Positions 42,146 through 51,465 of a stretch of 64,000 nucleotides of DNA are shown here, one piece after another. Both the position numbers and the translations under genes were made by a program. This DNA is from an uncultured Gammaproteobacteria bacterium. GTDB taxonomy: Bacteria > Patescibacteriota > Microgenomatia > UBA8517. The notes under the pieces were generated by a model that was not told the origin of the DNA, did not search any database, and saw only the letters and a program-made list of their open reading frames with translations. The stretch covers positions 385,488 to 449,487 of the forward strand of contig OZ246419.1 in the NCBI GenBank assembly GCA_965231135.1, in the 5' to 3' direction. Every line of letters starts with the position of its first letter. Within the stretch, counting starts at the first letter, position 1.

Positions 42146-42820
42146 ATGGCTAAATCAAAATTTTATCCTCCAAAATTTAACGAAGGTCAATTTCATTGTC
42201 CTCACTGCGGTGTTTATGCAAAACAATTTTGGGCGCATATAAGGGCAACGAATCTACATTTTTCCGATTTTGTTATCAGAAACAATACTCCTTTTGATGA
42301 AGCACTTTCTGTAGAGTGGAGAATTTCTAGATGTGAACATTGCGGAAATTATATGTTTTGGTTGAATCAAGACATCGTTTATCCAGATAAAATTTCAGTA
42401 GACGATCCGAATGATGATTTAAATCCAGATATAAAAAGAGACTATAAAGAAGCAGCGGAGATACTTCATAAATCTCCTAGGGGCTCGGCTGCACTTCTGC
42501 GACTGTCATTACAAAAATTATTAAAACAACTTGGTGAAGAAGGAAATAATATTAATGAAGATATAAAGAAATTAATCGCTAACGGACTTAATCCTACGAT
42601 TCAGAAAGCACTTGATTATGTAAGGATAACAGGAAACAACGCAGTTCACCCTGGACAAATTGATCTTTCTGATAATAAAGATATAGCGTTAAAACTTTTT
42701 GAGGTTATTAACTTTATCGCTGAAAAGACGATTAGTGAACCAAAAGAAGTTAACAGATTGTTCGACAGTCTCCCTGAAGATGAAAAAGAAAAAATTAAAA
42801 AGAGAGACAATCAAAACTAA
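42146..42820 (+). CDS. DUF4145 (HEPN-like) protein with N-terminal zinc ribbon
   Basis: CPHC..CEHC; DY.EA..I...SPR.SAALLRL.LQ; RITGNNAVHPG. Confidence 0.8.
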   Translation: MAKSKFYPPKFNEGQFHCPHCGVYAKQFWAHIRATNLHFSDFVIRNNTPFDEALSVEWRISRCEHCGNYMFWLNQDIVYPDKISVDDPNDDLNPDIKRDYKEAAEILHKSPRGSAALLRLSLQKLLKQLGEEGNNINEDIKKLIANGLNPTIQKALDYVRITGNNAVHPGQIDLSDNKDIALKLFEVINFIAEKTISEPKEVNRLFDSLPEDEKEKIKKRDNQN

Positions 42821-42821
42821 C

Positions 42822-45614
42822 ATGACCACACAATCTGAAGCACAACTAGAACTGGAACTTATACAACAGCTTAATAAGCTGGGGTTTGAGAGTGTTACAA
42901 TTCCTGACTCCACCGCTTTAATAACAAATCTTAAACTTCAACTTGAAAAGTTTAATGAAACTAAACTTACTGACAGGGAATTTGAGAAAATTCTTAATCA
43001 TCTTATGCATGGTGATAGATTTGATAAAGGTAAAACTTTGCGTGATAGATTTTTATTGCACCGAGATGATGAGACAACTTTTTATATTCGCTTTTTTAAT
43101 ATGGATCAGTGGTGCCGTAATGTTTATCAAGTTGCTCATCAGATAACGCAAATGGGGAATTATAAAAATAGATATGATGTAACGCTTCTTGTGAATGGAC
43201 TTCCACTTGTTCAAATAGAATTAAAGAGGCGAGGCGTTGAAATGAAAGAAGCCTTTAATCAGATAAATCGCTATCAGAGAAATACTTTTACTGGAACTTT
43301 GTTTGAATATATTCAAATATTTGTAATTAGTAATGGCGTAAATACGAAATATTTTGCTAATAATCCAAGGCAATTTTTTGAACAAACTTTCTTTTGGACA
43401 GATGAGAAGAACAGGAAAATTACAAAGTTAAACGAATTTGCTGATGTATTTTTAGAAAAATGTAACCTTTCAGAAATGATTGCTGAATATATTGTTTTAG
43501 CCGAAGCCAAAGATAGGACAATGATGATTTTGCGGCCCTATCAGTATTATGCAGTGAAGGCTATCCAAAAACGAGTTCGTGAAGGAAATAAAAATGGATA
43601 TATCTGGCATACAACTGGATCAGGAAAGACTTTAACTTCTTTTAAAACTAGCCAAATACTTTCTAGAATTCCTGAAGTTAAAAAAATACTTTTTGTAGTT
43701 GATAGAAAAGATTTAGATATTCAGACAACTAAAGAATTTAACTCTTTTTCCAAAGATTCTGTGGACGGGACAGAAAATACTAAAAATTTAGTTAAGCAGC
43801 TGAAAGATAAAAATAGAAAATTAATTGTTACAACAATTCAAAAACTGGATGTTGCTATAAGGCGCGAAAAATATTTGGACCAGTTTGCTTATTTGCAAGA
43901 CGAAAAAGTGATAATTATTTTTGATGAATGTCACAGAAGTCAGTTTGGTCTGACAAATGCGCGAATTAGAAATTTTTTCCATAACGCCCAGATGTTTGGG
44001 TTTACAGGCACTCCGATTTTTGCAGAAAACAACATTGGTGGGGTAACCACTGCAGATGTGTTTGGAGAATGCTTGCATAAATATGTTATTACTCATGCAA
44101 TTGAAGATAAAAATGTTTTAGGATTTGCTGTTGAGTATGTTGGTAAATATAAACAAAAGTTTCCAGATACTGTATATATGGATAATTTTGTTGATCCTAC
44201 GGTTTCAGGAATTGATACTAAAGAGGTTTTAGAAAGTGATGATAGGGTTTCGAAAATTACGGATTATATTTTGAGTGATTGGAAAAAGAAAACAAAGAAT
44301 GGAAAATTTAATGCTTTTTTTGCGGTTTCTAACATTGAAGTTTTGAAAAAATATTATAAGCATCTAAAGACCCGAAAACCTGAAGATTTTAAGCTTGCAA
44401 CAATTTTTACATATCAGGCAAATGAAGAAGAATCAACAGATATGCTTGATGTTGATGTTTTTGCAGAAGGGGCTGTAAATGAACAGTCCCGGGAATTTTT
44501 AGAAAAATGTATTAAAGACTATAACGAAGTTTTTGGAACAAATTTTTCTACTGATAAGTTTTATAATTATTACAAAGATTTACAAAAAAGAATTAAAGAT
44601 AAAGAGGTAGATTTAGTGTTGGTTGTAAACATGTTTTTAACTGGATTTGATAGTGCAAGGCTTAATACTTTATATGTTGATAAAAACCTTCGTTATCATG
44701 GACTTATTCAAGCATACTCAAGAACAAATAGACTTTTGAATGCTGATAAACCTCATGGAAATATTGTAACATTTCGGAATTTAAAAGAAGCTACTGACCA
44801 AGCACTTGCTTTGTTTGGCGATGAGAACGCAAGGGAAATTGTATTCAAAAAACCATATGAAGAACAAAAGATAGAGTTTGAAATCAAACTACAAGAACTT
44901 AGAGAAAAGACTCCAACAGTAGAATCAGTAGATAATTTGCAGGGAGATGAAGAAAAAGCTTCTTTTGTTAAAACATTTCGTGATTTGCTTAGAATAAAAT
45001 CGTCCTTGGAAACCTTTGCCGAATTTTCTTTTGACAATCTTGGAATAACAGAACAGGAATTTTATGATTATCAAAGTAAATATTTAGATATTTATGAAAA
45101 AAGGAAAAACCAAACTGAAGAAGAATCGGTTCTTGATCAAATTGATTTTGAAATTGAGTTAACAGTGCGTGATATTATTGATTTTGATTATATTATTAAA
45201 CTTATTGCGGGACTTAAAGATATTACTTCCAAAGCTCTTCGTGAGAAGAAAACCGAAGAGATACTCAAACTATTTGATCATAGCGTAAAGCTTCGAAGCA
45301 AAAAGGAGCTAATAAGAAAGTTTATTGAGGAGAATTTACCTAAGGTTGTTGATTCTGGCAAGGCAGAAGACGCATTTGAAAACTTTTGGAATAGTGAGCG
45401 ATCAAAACAACTTAAAGAAATTGCAATAAAGGAAAACATCCAAGAAGAAAAATTTGAAAAATTAATTAGTGAATATTTATATACTCAAAAACTGCCAAGC
45501 GGCCAAGATATTGTTGATTCATTGCCTCAAACACCGCATATTCTAGAAAGACAAGGGATTATCGACAGAATCAAAACAGCAATAGAAAAAATTGTAGAAA
45601 TATTTGAGTGGTGA
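42822..45614 (+). CDS. hsdR: Type I R-M restriction subunit
   Basis: RYDVTLLVNGLPLVQIELK nuclease motif, HTTGSGKT, DECH, FTGTP, QAYSRTNR. Confidence 0.95.
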   Translation: MTTQSEAQLELELIQQLNKLGFESVTIPDSTALITNLKLQLEKFNETKLTDREFEKILNHLMHGDRFDKGKTLRDRFLLHRDDETTFYIRFFNMDQWCRNVYQVAHQITQMGNYKNRYDVTLLVNGLPLVQIELKRRGVEMKEAFNQINRYQRNTFTGTLFEYIQIFVISNGVNTKYFANNPRQFFEQTFFWTDEKNRKITKLNEFADVFLEKCNLSEMIAEYIVLAEAKDRTMMILRPYQYYAVKAIQKRVREGNKNGYIWHTTGSGKTLTSFKTSQILSRIPEVKKILFVVDRKDLDIQTTKEFNSFSKDSVDGTENTKNLVKQLKDKNRKLIVTTIQKLDVAIRREKYLDQFAYLQDEKVIIIFDECHRSQFGLTNARIRNFFHNAQMFGFTGTPIFAENNIGGVTTADVFGECLHKYVITHAIEDKNVLGFAVEYVGKYKQKFPDTVYMDNFVDPTVSGIDTKEVLESDDRVSKITDYILSDWKKKTKNGKFNAFFAVSNIEVLKKYYKHLKTRKPEDFKLATIFTYQANEEESTDMLDVDVFAEGAVNEQSREFLEKCIKDYNEVFGTNFSTDKFYNYYKDLQKRIKDKEVDLVLVVNMFLTGFDSARLNTLYVDKNLRYHGLIQAYSRTNRLLNADKPHGNIVTFRNLKEATDQALALFGDENAREIVFKKPYEEQKIEFEIKLQELREKTPTVESVDNLQGDEEKASFVKTFRDLLRIKSSLETFAEFSFDNLGITEQEFYDYQSKYLDIYEKRKNQTEEESVLDQIDFEIELTVRDIIDFDYIIKLIAGLKDITSKALREKKTEEILKLFDHSVKLRSKKELIRKFIEENLPKVVDSGKAEDAFENFWNSERSKQLKEIAIKENIQEEKFEKLISEYLYTQKLPSGQDIVDSLPQTPHILERQGIIDRIKTAIEKIVEIFEW

Positions 45615-46318
45615 AAATGAATATAAAAACCATTGGAGAGTTTGGTGAGAAATATGTGGGAGAATTTTTGGTGGCTGATATTGGCAGGAGAGATGAAATA
45701 AAAAGTGATTGGTATGAGGGGTTGAAGTTTTTCTTTTCTAAGTCGTTTTATAGAGGAAGGAAGGATGAAATTTCTGAAAATTTTCAGAAACGTGCGATGG
45801 AAGTTGTAGAGAATTTTGACTTAAAAAATAATATTAAAAGATTTAAATCGAGTGAATTTGAGGAGCTTTTGGTTGCAAATAAAGTTAATAATAGGGTTGA
45901 TAGAAGAATGATTTGTCAGACAATAGAAATGATCAGACACAACAACGGAAGAAATATTGTTTTATATTCTATTGAACAAATTCATGATGGAAATATTTCT
46001 GGTGTTTATCAAGAATTATGTAATATTTACGGGGTTGCTGATAAGATTGCAACATTTTTTCTTCGAGATTTGGCTTTGGTTTTTGAATTAGAAAATGAAA
46101 TAAAAAAGCAAGATTTTATTTACTTTCAGCCAATTGATACATGGGTAAAGCAAGTTAGTGATAAACTTGGAGTTACTGAACCGAGAGATGACAGAGAAGT
46201 GACTAAAAGCAAAATAATAAATAAATGTTTAATTGAACACACATCTCCTCTTTTGTTTAATGCTGGAGCTTGGTATGTAGGTAAACATTCATTCGATATT
46301 CTTTTAAATTATGTCTGA
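45611..46318 (+). CDS. HhH-GPD superfamily DNA glycosylase/AP lyase-like protein
   Basis: HhH motif LCNIYGVADKIATFFL with Lys, then PIDTWVKQV with Asp. GTG overlaps the hsdR stop (GTGA); alternative ATG at 45617. Confidence 0.65.
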   Translation: MKMNIKTIGEFGEKYVGEFLVADIGRRDEIKSDWYEGLKFFFSKSFYRGRKDEISENFQKRAMEVVENFDLKNNIKRFKSSEFEELLVANKVNNRVDRRMICQTIEMIRHNNGRNIVLYSIEQIHDGNISGVYQELCNIYGVADKIATFFLRDLALVFELENEIKKQDFIYFQPIDTWVKQVSDKLGVTEPRDDREVTKSKIINKCLIEHTSPLLFNAGAWYVGKHSFDILLNYV

Positions 46319-47069
46319 TTATTACAAACCAAACAGGAAAAGAAATATTTATGATCCGGAATCTCGCGAGCCTTTTCGGCTTAGCCGCTCTAAAATTGAT
46401 CTTTTTATAAATTGCCCGAGGTGTTTTTATTTGGATCGGCGACTTGGGGTTTCTCAACCTCCATCTTATCCGTTTTCTTTAAATAGTGCTGTTGATAAGC
46501 TTCTTAAAAAAGAATTTGATATTCACCGAAATGCAAAAACGCAGCATCCTTTAATGAAAGCGTATGGAATTGATGCAATTCCTCTAGCACACGAGAAAAT
46601 TGATGAATGGAGAGATTCATTAAGAAGAGGAGTAACTGCGCCAATAGATGGGACAAATGTGATTATTACTGGAGGAGTTGATGATGTGTGGGTAAACCTA
46701 GCTGGCGAGTTTATTATTGTTGACTACAAATCTACTTCAAAGGAGACGGAAGTTAATTTGGATGCTGATTGGCAGATAGCTTATAAAAGGCAAATGGAAG
46801 TTTATCAGTGGCTATTTCGTAAAAATGGATTTAAAGTTTCTGACACTGGATATTTTGTTTATTGTAACGGCAACACAGATAGAAAAGCATTTGATGCAAA
46901 GCTTGAATTTGATATCAAATTAATTGCCTATAAAGGGGATACTTCATGGATTGCAGAAACAATAATGAATGCAATCAATTGTTTGAAGTCTGATGAACTT
47001 CCAGAGTGTGGAGAGGCTTGTGATTATTGTGCTTATAGAAAAGCTGTGAAAGAATATGAGAAAGCTTAA
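46311..47069 (+). CDS. PD-(D/E)xK nuclease, Cas4/AddB-like with probable Fe-S staple
   Basis: LSRSK..F..CPRC, GGVDD, IVDYK, QMEVY (QxxxY), C-terminal C...CDYC. Confidence 0.8.
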   Translation: MSDYYKPNRKRNIYDPESREPFRLSRSKIDLFINCPRCFYLDRRLGVSQPPSYPFSLNSAVDKLLKKEFDIHRNAKTQHPLMKAYGIDAIPLAHEKIDEWRDSLRRGVTAPIDGTNVIITGGVDDVWVNLAGEFIIVDYKSTSKETEVNLDADWQIAYKRQMEVYQWLFRKNGFKVSDTGYFVYCNGNTDRKAFDAKLEFDIKLIAYKGDTSWIAETIMNAINCLKSDELPECGEACDYCAYRKAVKEYEKA

Positions 47070-47725
47070 CCTGTTTGTTCTGGATTTTTAACTTCTGGAA
47101 CTGGAGTTGCAAAGATATTATCAATTGAAGTATTTGGAATAATTAGATTTTTGCGATCGCAATTGACTGGTGGCTCTGTCCATAGTAATTTTCTCCAGTC
47201 TTTCTTTTTTGATGCAGCATCTTGCGCACTAAAATATTTATTACTTGCATCTTGAAGATTTTTTGCCGGAATTGTTGGATCAGTATTATTTTGACTATTT
47301 GGGTTTTCGAAGAGATTTTGAATGTACTCTGCGTCATCTCTTTGAGCTTTATACATATTGTATTGGAGAGTTGCTAAATCTTTGATATATTTTGGCTGAA
47401 ATATTTGGAATGCCCAGTTATTTATATATTTTGAATCTTTGTCTAACCAGTTATTTTCGAGGGGAATATATTTTTGAATACCTGAAATATAGTTATTGAA
47501 ATCTTGCATTGCTTCATCTTTTGAGCCATTATTGTTCATAACTTGCCACATCTGAAGATAAGAATTTTTATAAGCGATTAAGGCTGGATTTACATTATTA
47601 CATCTATCGTCGAAAATTTTTCCGTTTTCATCTGCTTGGGACTGGAGAATTCTTGAATATATAAATGTAGCTAACAGTAATATCAAGAAAGTCACACCGG
47701 TAATTTTTAGGATTTTCTTTTTCAT
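47066..47725 (-). CDS. Hypothetical membrane-anchored/secreted helical protein
   Basis: N-terminal KKK + hydrophobic helix; two Cys. Confidence 0.65.
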   Translation of the reverse strand: MKKKILKITGVTFLILLLATFIYSRILQSQADENGKIFDDRCNNVNPALIAYKNSYLQMWQVMNNNGSKDEAMQDFNNYISGIQKYIPLENNWLDKDSKYINNWAFQIFQPKYIKDLATLQYNMYKAQRDDAEYIQNLFENPNSQNNTDPTIPAKNLQDASNKYFSAQDAASKKKDWRKLLWTEPPVNCDRKNLIIPNTSIDNIFATPVPEVKNPEQTG

Positions 47726-47753
47726 CTTTATTTAGTAGAGTATAATTGGTTTT

Positions 47754-49007
47754 ATGAAAAAAATAAAAGTTTCTATTCAAGACGAAAACACTTTGGTGCT
47801 ATTGGAGGATGCTCAAAAAGGTGATTTGGTTGATCTTAAATCAATACATGAAACAGATATTGATAAATCTTCAATCGATAACCTAATTAAATCAATCAAA
47901 ACGGATGAGTTTGATACGCAATTAGAAGTTGCGAAACGTAGTATAGAAAAAGAGAAAAGACTTGAAGCTGAAATTAAAGAAAAGGAAGCACTTGCAAAAA
48001 GAGACCAGGAAATTGCAGCTCTGAACATAAGAATTCAGACAGCAGATATTGAGAAAAAACTTGCTGTTACAGAAGCAACAAAAAAAATTGAGAAAGAACG
48101 AAATGATTTAGTTAATGAAGTAAGAAATAAAGAGATAGAAAAACAATTACTTGAGAAGTCTCTAACCGAGAAATTTTCTGCCGAACTTAAGACTAAAGAT
48201 GATGTTATCAAGATGAAAGATGATGAGATTGCTCTTCGTAAAGATATGAAACTTAGATTGTCAACAAAAATGGTAGGCGAAACATTAGAGCAACATTGTG
48301 AGGTGGAATTTAACAAACTTCGAGCTACTGCTTTTCCAAAGGCCTATTTTGAAAAAGATAATGATTCTAGAAGTGGGAGTAAGGGAGACTACATTTATAG
48401 AGATGTGGATGAATCTGGTACTGAAATAATTTCAATTATGTTTGAGATGAAAAACGAAGGAGACGAGACGGCTACAAAACATAAGAACGAGGATTTTTTA
48501 CAAGAACTTGATAAAGATCGATTAGAAAAAAAATGTGAGTATGCTGTTTTGGTTACGTTATTGGAAATTGATAATGATTTATATAACTCCGGTATTGTTG
48601 ATGTTTCGCATAAATACCCCAAAATGTATGTAGTCCGTCCTCAGTTTTTTATTCCTATAATAACAGTGCTTCATAATGCTGCTATGAATTCACTTAAATA
48701 TAAGACAGAGCTTGCATTGGTGAGAAGTCAAAATATTGATATTACAAATTTTGAGAATGATATAAATAAATTTAAGGAAGGGTTTGCAGGTAATTTTGAT
48801 CTTGCTAGCCGTAAATTTAAAACAGCTATAGATGAAATTGATAAAACGATGGATCATTTACAGAAAACGAAAGAGGCTTTATTGTCATCTGTGAATAATC
48901 TTAGGCTTGCAAATAGTAAAGCACAGGATTTAACTATCAAGAAATTAACGCGTGGTAATCCTACAATGACAGCAAAATTTGAAGAAATAAATCAGAAAAT
49001 CAGTTGA
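47754..49007 (+). CDS. DUF2130 domain coiled-coil protein
   Basis: [42 protein letters not shown]; TATAAT 7 nt upstream of the ATG. Confidence 0.85.
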   Translation: MKKIKVSIQDENTLVLLEDAQKGDLVDLKSIHETDIDKSSIDNLIKSIKTDEFDTQLEVAKRSIEKEKRLEAEIKEKEALAKRDQEIAALNIRIQTADIEKKLAVTEATKKIEKERNDLVNEVRNKEIEKQLLEKSLTEKFSAELKTKDDVIKMKDDEIALRKDMKLRLSTKMVGETLEQHCEVEFNKLRATAFPKAYFEKDNDSRSGSKGDYIYRDVDESGTEIISIMFEMKNEGDETATKHKNEDFLQELDKDRLEKKCEYAVLVTLLEIDNDLYNSGIVDVSHKYPKMYVVRPQFFIPIITVLHNAAMNSLKYKTELALVRSQNIDITNFENDINKFKEGFAGNFDLASRKFKTAIDEIDKTMDHLQKTKEALLSSVNNLRLANSKAQDLTIKKLTRGNPTMTAKFEEINQKIS

Positions 49008-49101
49008 TCATACTCATGGAATGTATGGAGATTTGCAGGGAATAATTGGAAAATCTCTTCCTGAAATTGAAACACTTGCAATTGACACTGGAGAGAACTA
49101 G
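48991..49101 (+). pseudogene. Relic C-terminal fragment resembling another DUF2130 subfamily
   Basis: +1 frame reads [36 protein letters not shown], bounded upstream by TAA at 48988. Confidence 0.6.
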
Positions 49102-49110
49102 GATTTAGTT

Positions 49111-49509
49111 ATGAAAGGATACAAAGCAAATATTGAAGAGCTGGTTTCTAAAAATGAATATTTTAGACAAGTTCTTTATACTTCAAAACATTCGCAGTTA
49201 GTTTTGATGACATTAAAACCTTCTGAAGAAATTGGTATGGAAATCCATCCTGATAATGACCAGTTTTTCCGTTTTGAAAGCGGACAGGGAAAGGTAATTA
49301 TTGATGGAAATGAGTATGATGTAAATGGAGGGGATGTTGTTATTGTTCCGGCCGGAGCAAATCATAATGTGATCAATGTGTCATCTGGAGAATATTTAAA
49401 AATGTACACCATTTATTCTCCAGCTCATCACAGAGATGGAGTTATACATAAAACAAAAGAAGAAGCAGAGGCAGATGACGAAAAATTTGATGGCAAAACG
49501 ACAGAATAA
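49111..49509 (+). CDS. Cupin domain protein
   Basis: EIGMEIH..DQFF, VPAGANHNV, YSPAHH. Confidence 0.85.
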   Translation: MKGYKANIEELVSKNEYFRQVLYTSKHSQLVLMTLKPSEEIGMEIHPDNDQFFRFESGQGKVIIDGNEYDVNGGDVVIVPAGANHNVINVSSGEYLKMYTIYSPAHHRDGVIHKTKEEAEADDEKFDGKTTE

Positions 49510-49992
49510 ATGAAAATAAACGGTAGTTTTAAATGGAATAACAAAGATATAAATTTTACTTACAAAGATATTGATTCATTTAGCGATATTCCACTTGAAA
49601 AAATAAGACAATGTTATGGAGTTTGTTTTTATCAGAATAAAATTGTACTTGGTGTTTATAAAGATCACTGGAGTTTGATTGGAGGCACTAGGGAAAAGGG
49701 AGAAAAGCCAGAGGAGACACTGAGAAGGGAAATTTTAGAAGAATCAAATATGGAATTAATTAATTATTTGCCTATTGGTTTTCAGTATATTCCAGGCGAT
49801 GGTTCTAATGACTTTTATCAGCTAAGATATATATGTAAGGTAAAACCTTATGGTGACTTTGTTAAAGATCCGGGTGGAAACGTTACTGGTATAGAAATTA
49901 TAAATTCTGAGGATTTCTTGAATTATGTAAAGTGGGGAAAGGTAGGAGAAAGAATTTTGGAGAGAGCTATTGAATTAAAAGATAAAATATAA
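49510..49992 (+). CDS. NUDIX hydrolase
   Basis: Nudix box GGTREKGEKPEETLRREILEES. Confidence 0.85.
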   Translation: MKINGSFKWNNKDINFTYKDIDSFSDIPLEKIRQCYGVCFYQNKIVLGVYKDHWSLIGGTREKGEKPEETLRREILEESNMELINYLPIGFQYIPGDGSNDFYQLRYICKVKPYGDFVKDPGGNVTGIEIINSEDFLNYVKWGKVGERILERAIELKDKI

Positions 49993-50226
49993 ATGGTAAA
50001 AAAGAAAAAAGATTTATGGTTTAGGGCAAAATATTATGGTTATGGATGGTTTCCTATTACCTGGCAGGGATGGGTTGTTGTTATAACTGCAGCTGCCGCA
50101 ATTTTTTTGATTGCTGTAAAGGGAAGAGGACTAGATATTGCAATTGGTGTGCCAATAATTGCCTTTATTTTAATTTGTATTTGCCGAGCGAAAGGCGAAC
50201 CGGCAAGATGGCGATGGGGGAAATAA
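49993..50226 (+). CDS. Small 2-TM membrane protein
   Basis: WFRAKYYGYGWFPITWQGW and KGEPARWRWG; abuts the NUDIX gene. Confidence 0.7.
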   Translation: MVKKKKDLWFRAKYYGYGWFPITWQGWVVVITAAAAIFLIAVKGRGLDIAIGVPIIAFILICICRAKGEPARWRWGK

Positions 50227-50270
50227 GTGAACTTCAAAATATAATTGTACTATAGGTATATAATATAAGC

Positions 50271-50609
50271 ATGACAGAAATAAGTAATCCTTGTATTGAA
50301 AGTGGCTGCCAAGCCGCATGCTGCCATGATATGTGGTTTCAAAATATCCCCTTGCAAAAACTACCAAATCTTAAGAAATTTTTTGGAGAAATGACTCAAA
50401 TTGAATATTGGGATCTTGGTGCTGAATCAAAACGAGGTGTTTTTTATTGTATTTCTGGAGATAAAATATTAATGCATATAAATAAAATGTGTCCAAAAAA
50501 TAAAGGTCTTTATTGCCTGGGAAAAAACGATCCAGACAGACCGCAAGCTTGTGACAATATGGCTTTTGCTTCAAATGAATGTAGTCATATTCGAAATACT
50601 CGAAACTAG
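50271..50609 (+). CDS. Cys-rich YkgJ/CxxCxxCC-like protein
   Basis: PCIESGCQAACC, CP....C, RPQAC; TATAAT 6 nt upstream of the ATG. Confidence 0.6.
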   Translation: MTEISNPCIESGCQAACCHDMWFQNIPLQKLPNLKKFFGEMTQIEYWDLGAESKRGVFYCISGDKILMHINKMCPKNKGLYCLGKNDPDRPQACDNMAFASNECSHIRNTRN

Positions 50610-50631
50610 TGATATATTATAATTTACTAAT

Positions 50632-51465
50632 ATGCCTGATAAATATAAAGCAGTTTGGGTTTCTCATTCTTCAATAGCTGATTTTTTAAAATGCCCGAGA
50701 CTTTATTATCTTCGTAATGTTTATAAAGATAAAAAAACTGGACATAAAATCACAATTATGACTCCTCCTCTTGCTTTGGGGCAATCTGTGCATGAAGTAA
50801 TTGAATCTCTATCTTTTTTACCAGTTGAAGAGAGATTTAATGCAAAAATTTTTGAAAAATACGATGAAGCTTGGAAAAAAGTATCCGGGAAACTTGGAGG
50901 CTTTAGGGATTTAGAAAAAGAAAAAGAATATAAAGAAAGAGGAAGAGCAATGCTTCAAGTGATTATTGATAATCCAGGACCGCTTTCTCATAAGGCAATT
51001 AAAATACGAGCAGACGGAGGGCTTCCGTATTACTTTCTATCAGAAGAAGAAAATATTATTTTGTGCGGCAAAATTGACTGGATTGAATATTTAGAAGAAA
51101 CGGACGCTATAAATATTTTAGATTTTAAAACGGGAAAAAACGAAGAAGACGAAGATTCGCTGCAACTTCCAATTTATTATTTACTTGCAAAAAATTTACA
51201 AAAAAGAAAAGTTGAAAAAATAAGCTATTGGTATTTGGATCATCAAAATCCAAAAGATATTGTGGAAATGGAAATTCCAAATGAAATTGATGCAAAAACC
51301 AGAGTTTATGAAGTTGCAAAAAGAATAAAACTTGCAAGACAAATTGAGCTTTTCAAATGCCCAAAGGGAGGATGTTTTGCCTGCCGAGATTTAGAGAGAG
51401 TTTATAACGGTGAGGGAGAAAAAGTGGGCGAGAGCGAATATCGACAGGATATTTATATTTTGTAA
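50632..51465 (+). CDS. PD-(D/E)xK nuclease (AddB/RecB-like)
   Basis: SHSS..DF..CPR.YY, G..VH, GKID, ILDFKTG, QLPIY, C....CFAC. Confidence 0.85.
   Translation: MPDKYKAVWVSHSSIADFLKCPRLYYLRNVYKDKKTGHKITIMTPPLALGQSVHEVIESLSFLPVEERFNAKIFEKYDEAWKKVSGKLGGFRDLEKEKEYKERGRAMLQVIIDNPGPLSHKAIKIRADGGLPYYFLSEEENIILCGKIDWIEYLEETDAINILDFKTGKNEEDEDSLQLPIYYLLAKNLQKRKVEKISYWYLDHQNPKDIVEMEIPNEIDAKTRVYEVAKRIKLARQIELFKCPKGGCFACRDLERVYNGEGEKVGESEYRQDIYIL

Noticed and set aside
48981-49101. Programmed +1 frameshift extending DUF2130
   Set aside because: The main ORF already has a complete family C-terminus and no convincing slippery site or stimulator was seen; a relic is the simpler explanation.
50181-50206. TTGCCG..CGGCAA inverted repeat as a terminator or REP
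   Set aside because: Only a 6-bp stem, inside a plausible coding motif (CRAKGEPARW), with no U-tract.
46311-51465. CRISPR-Cas locus suggested by the Cas4-like nucleases
   Set aside because: No repeat-spacer array and no cas1/cas2 or effector genes seen; there is almost no intergenic space for an array.
35096-51465. Prophage or integrative element carrying the defence genes
   Set aside because: No integrase, transposase, phage structural genes, tRNA target or att-like repeats were recognised.
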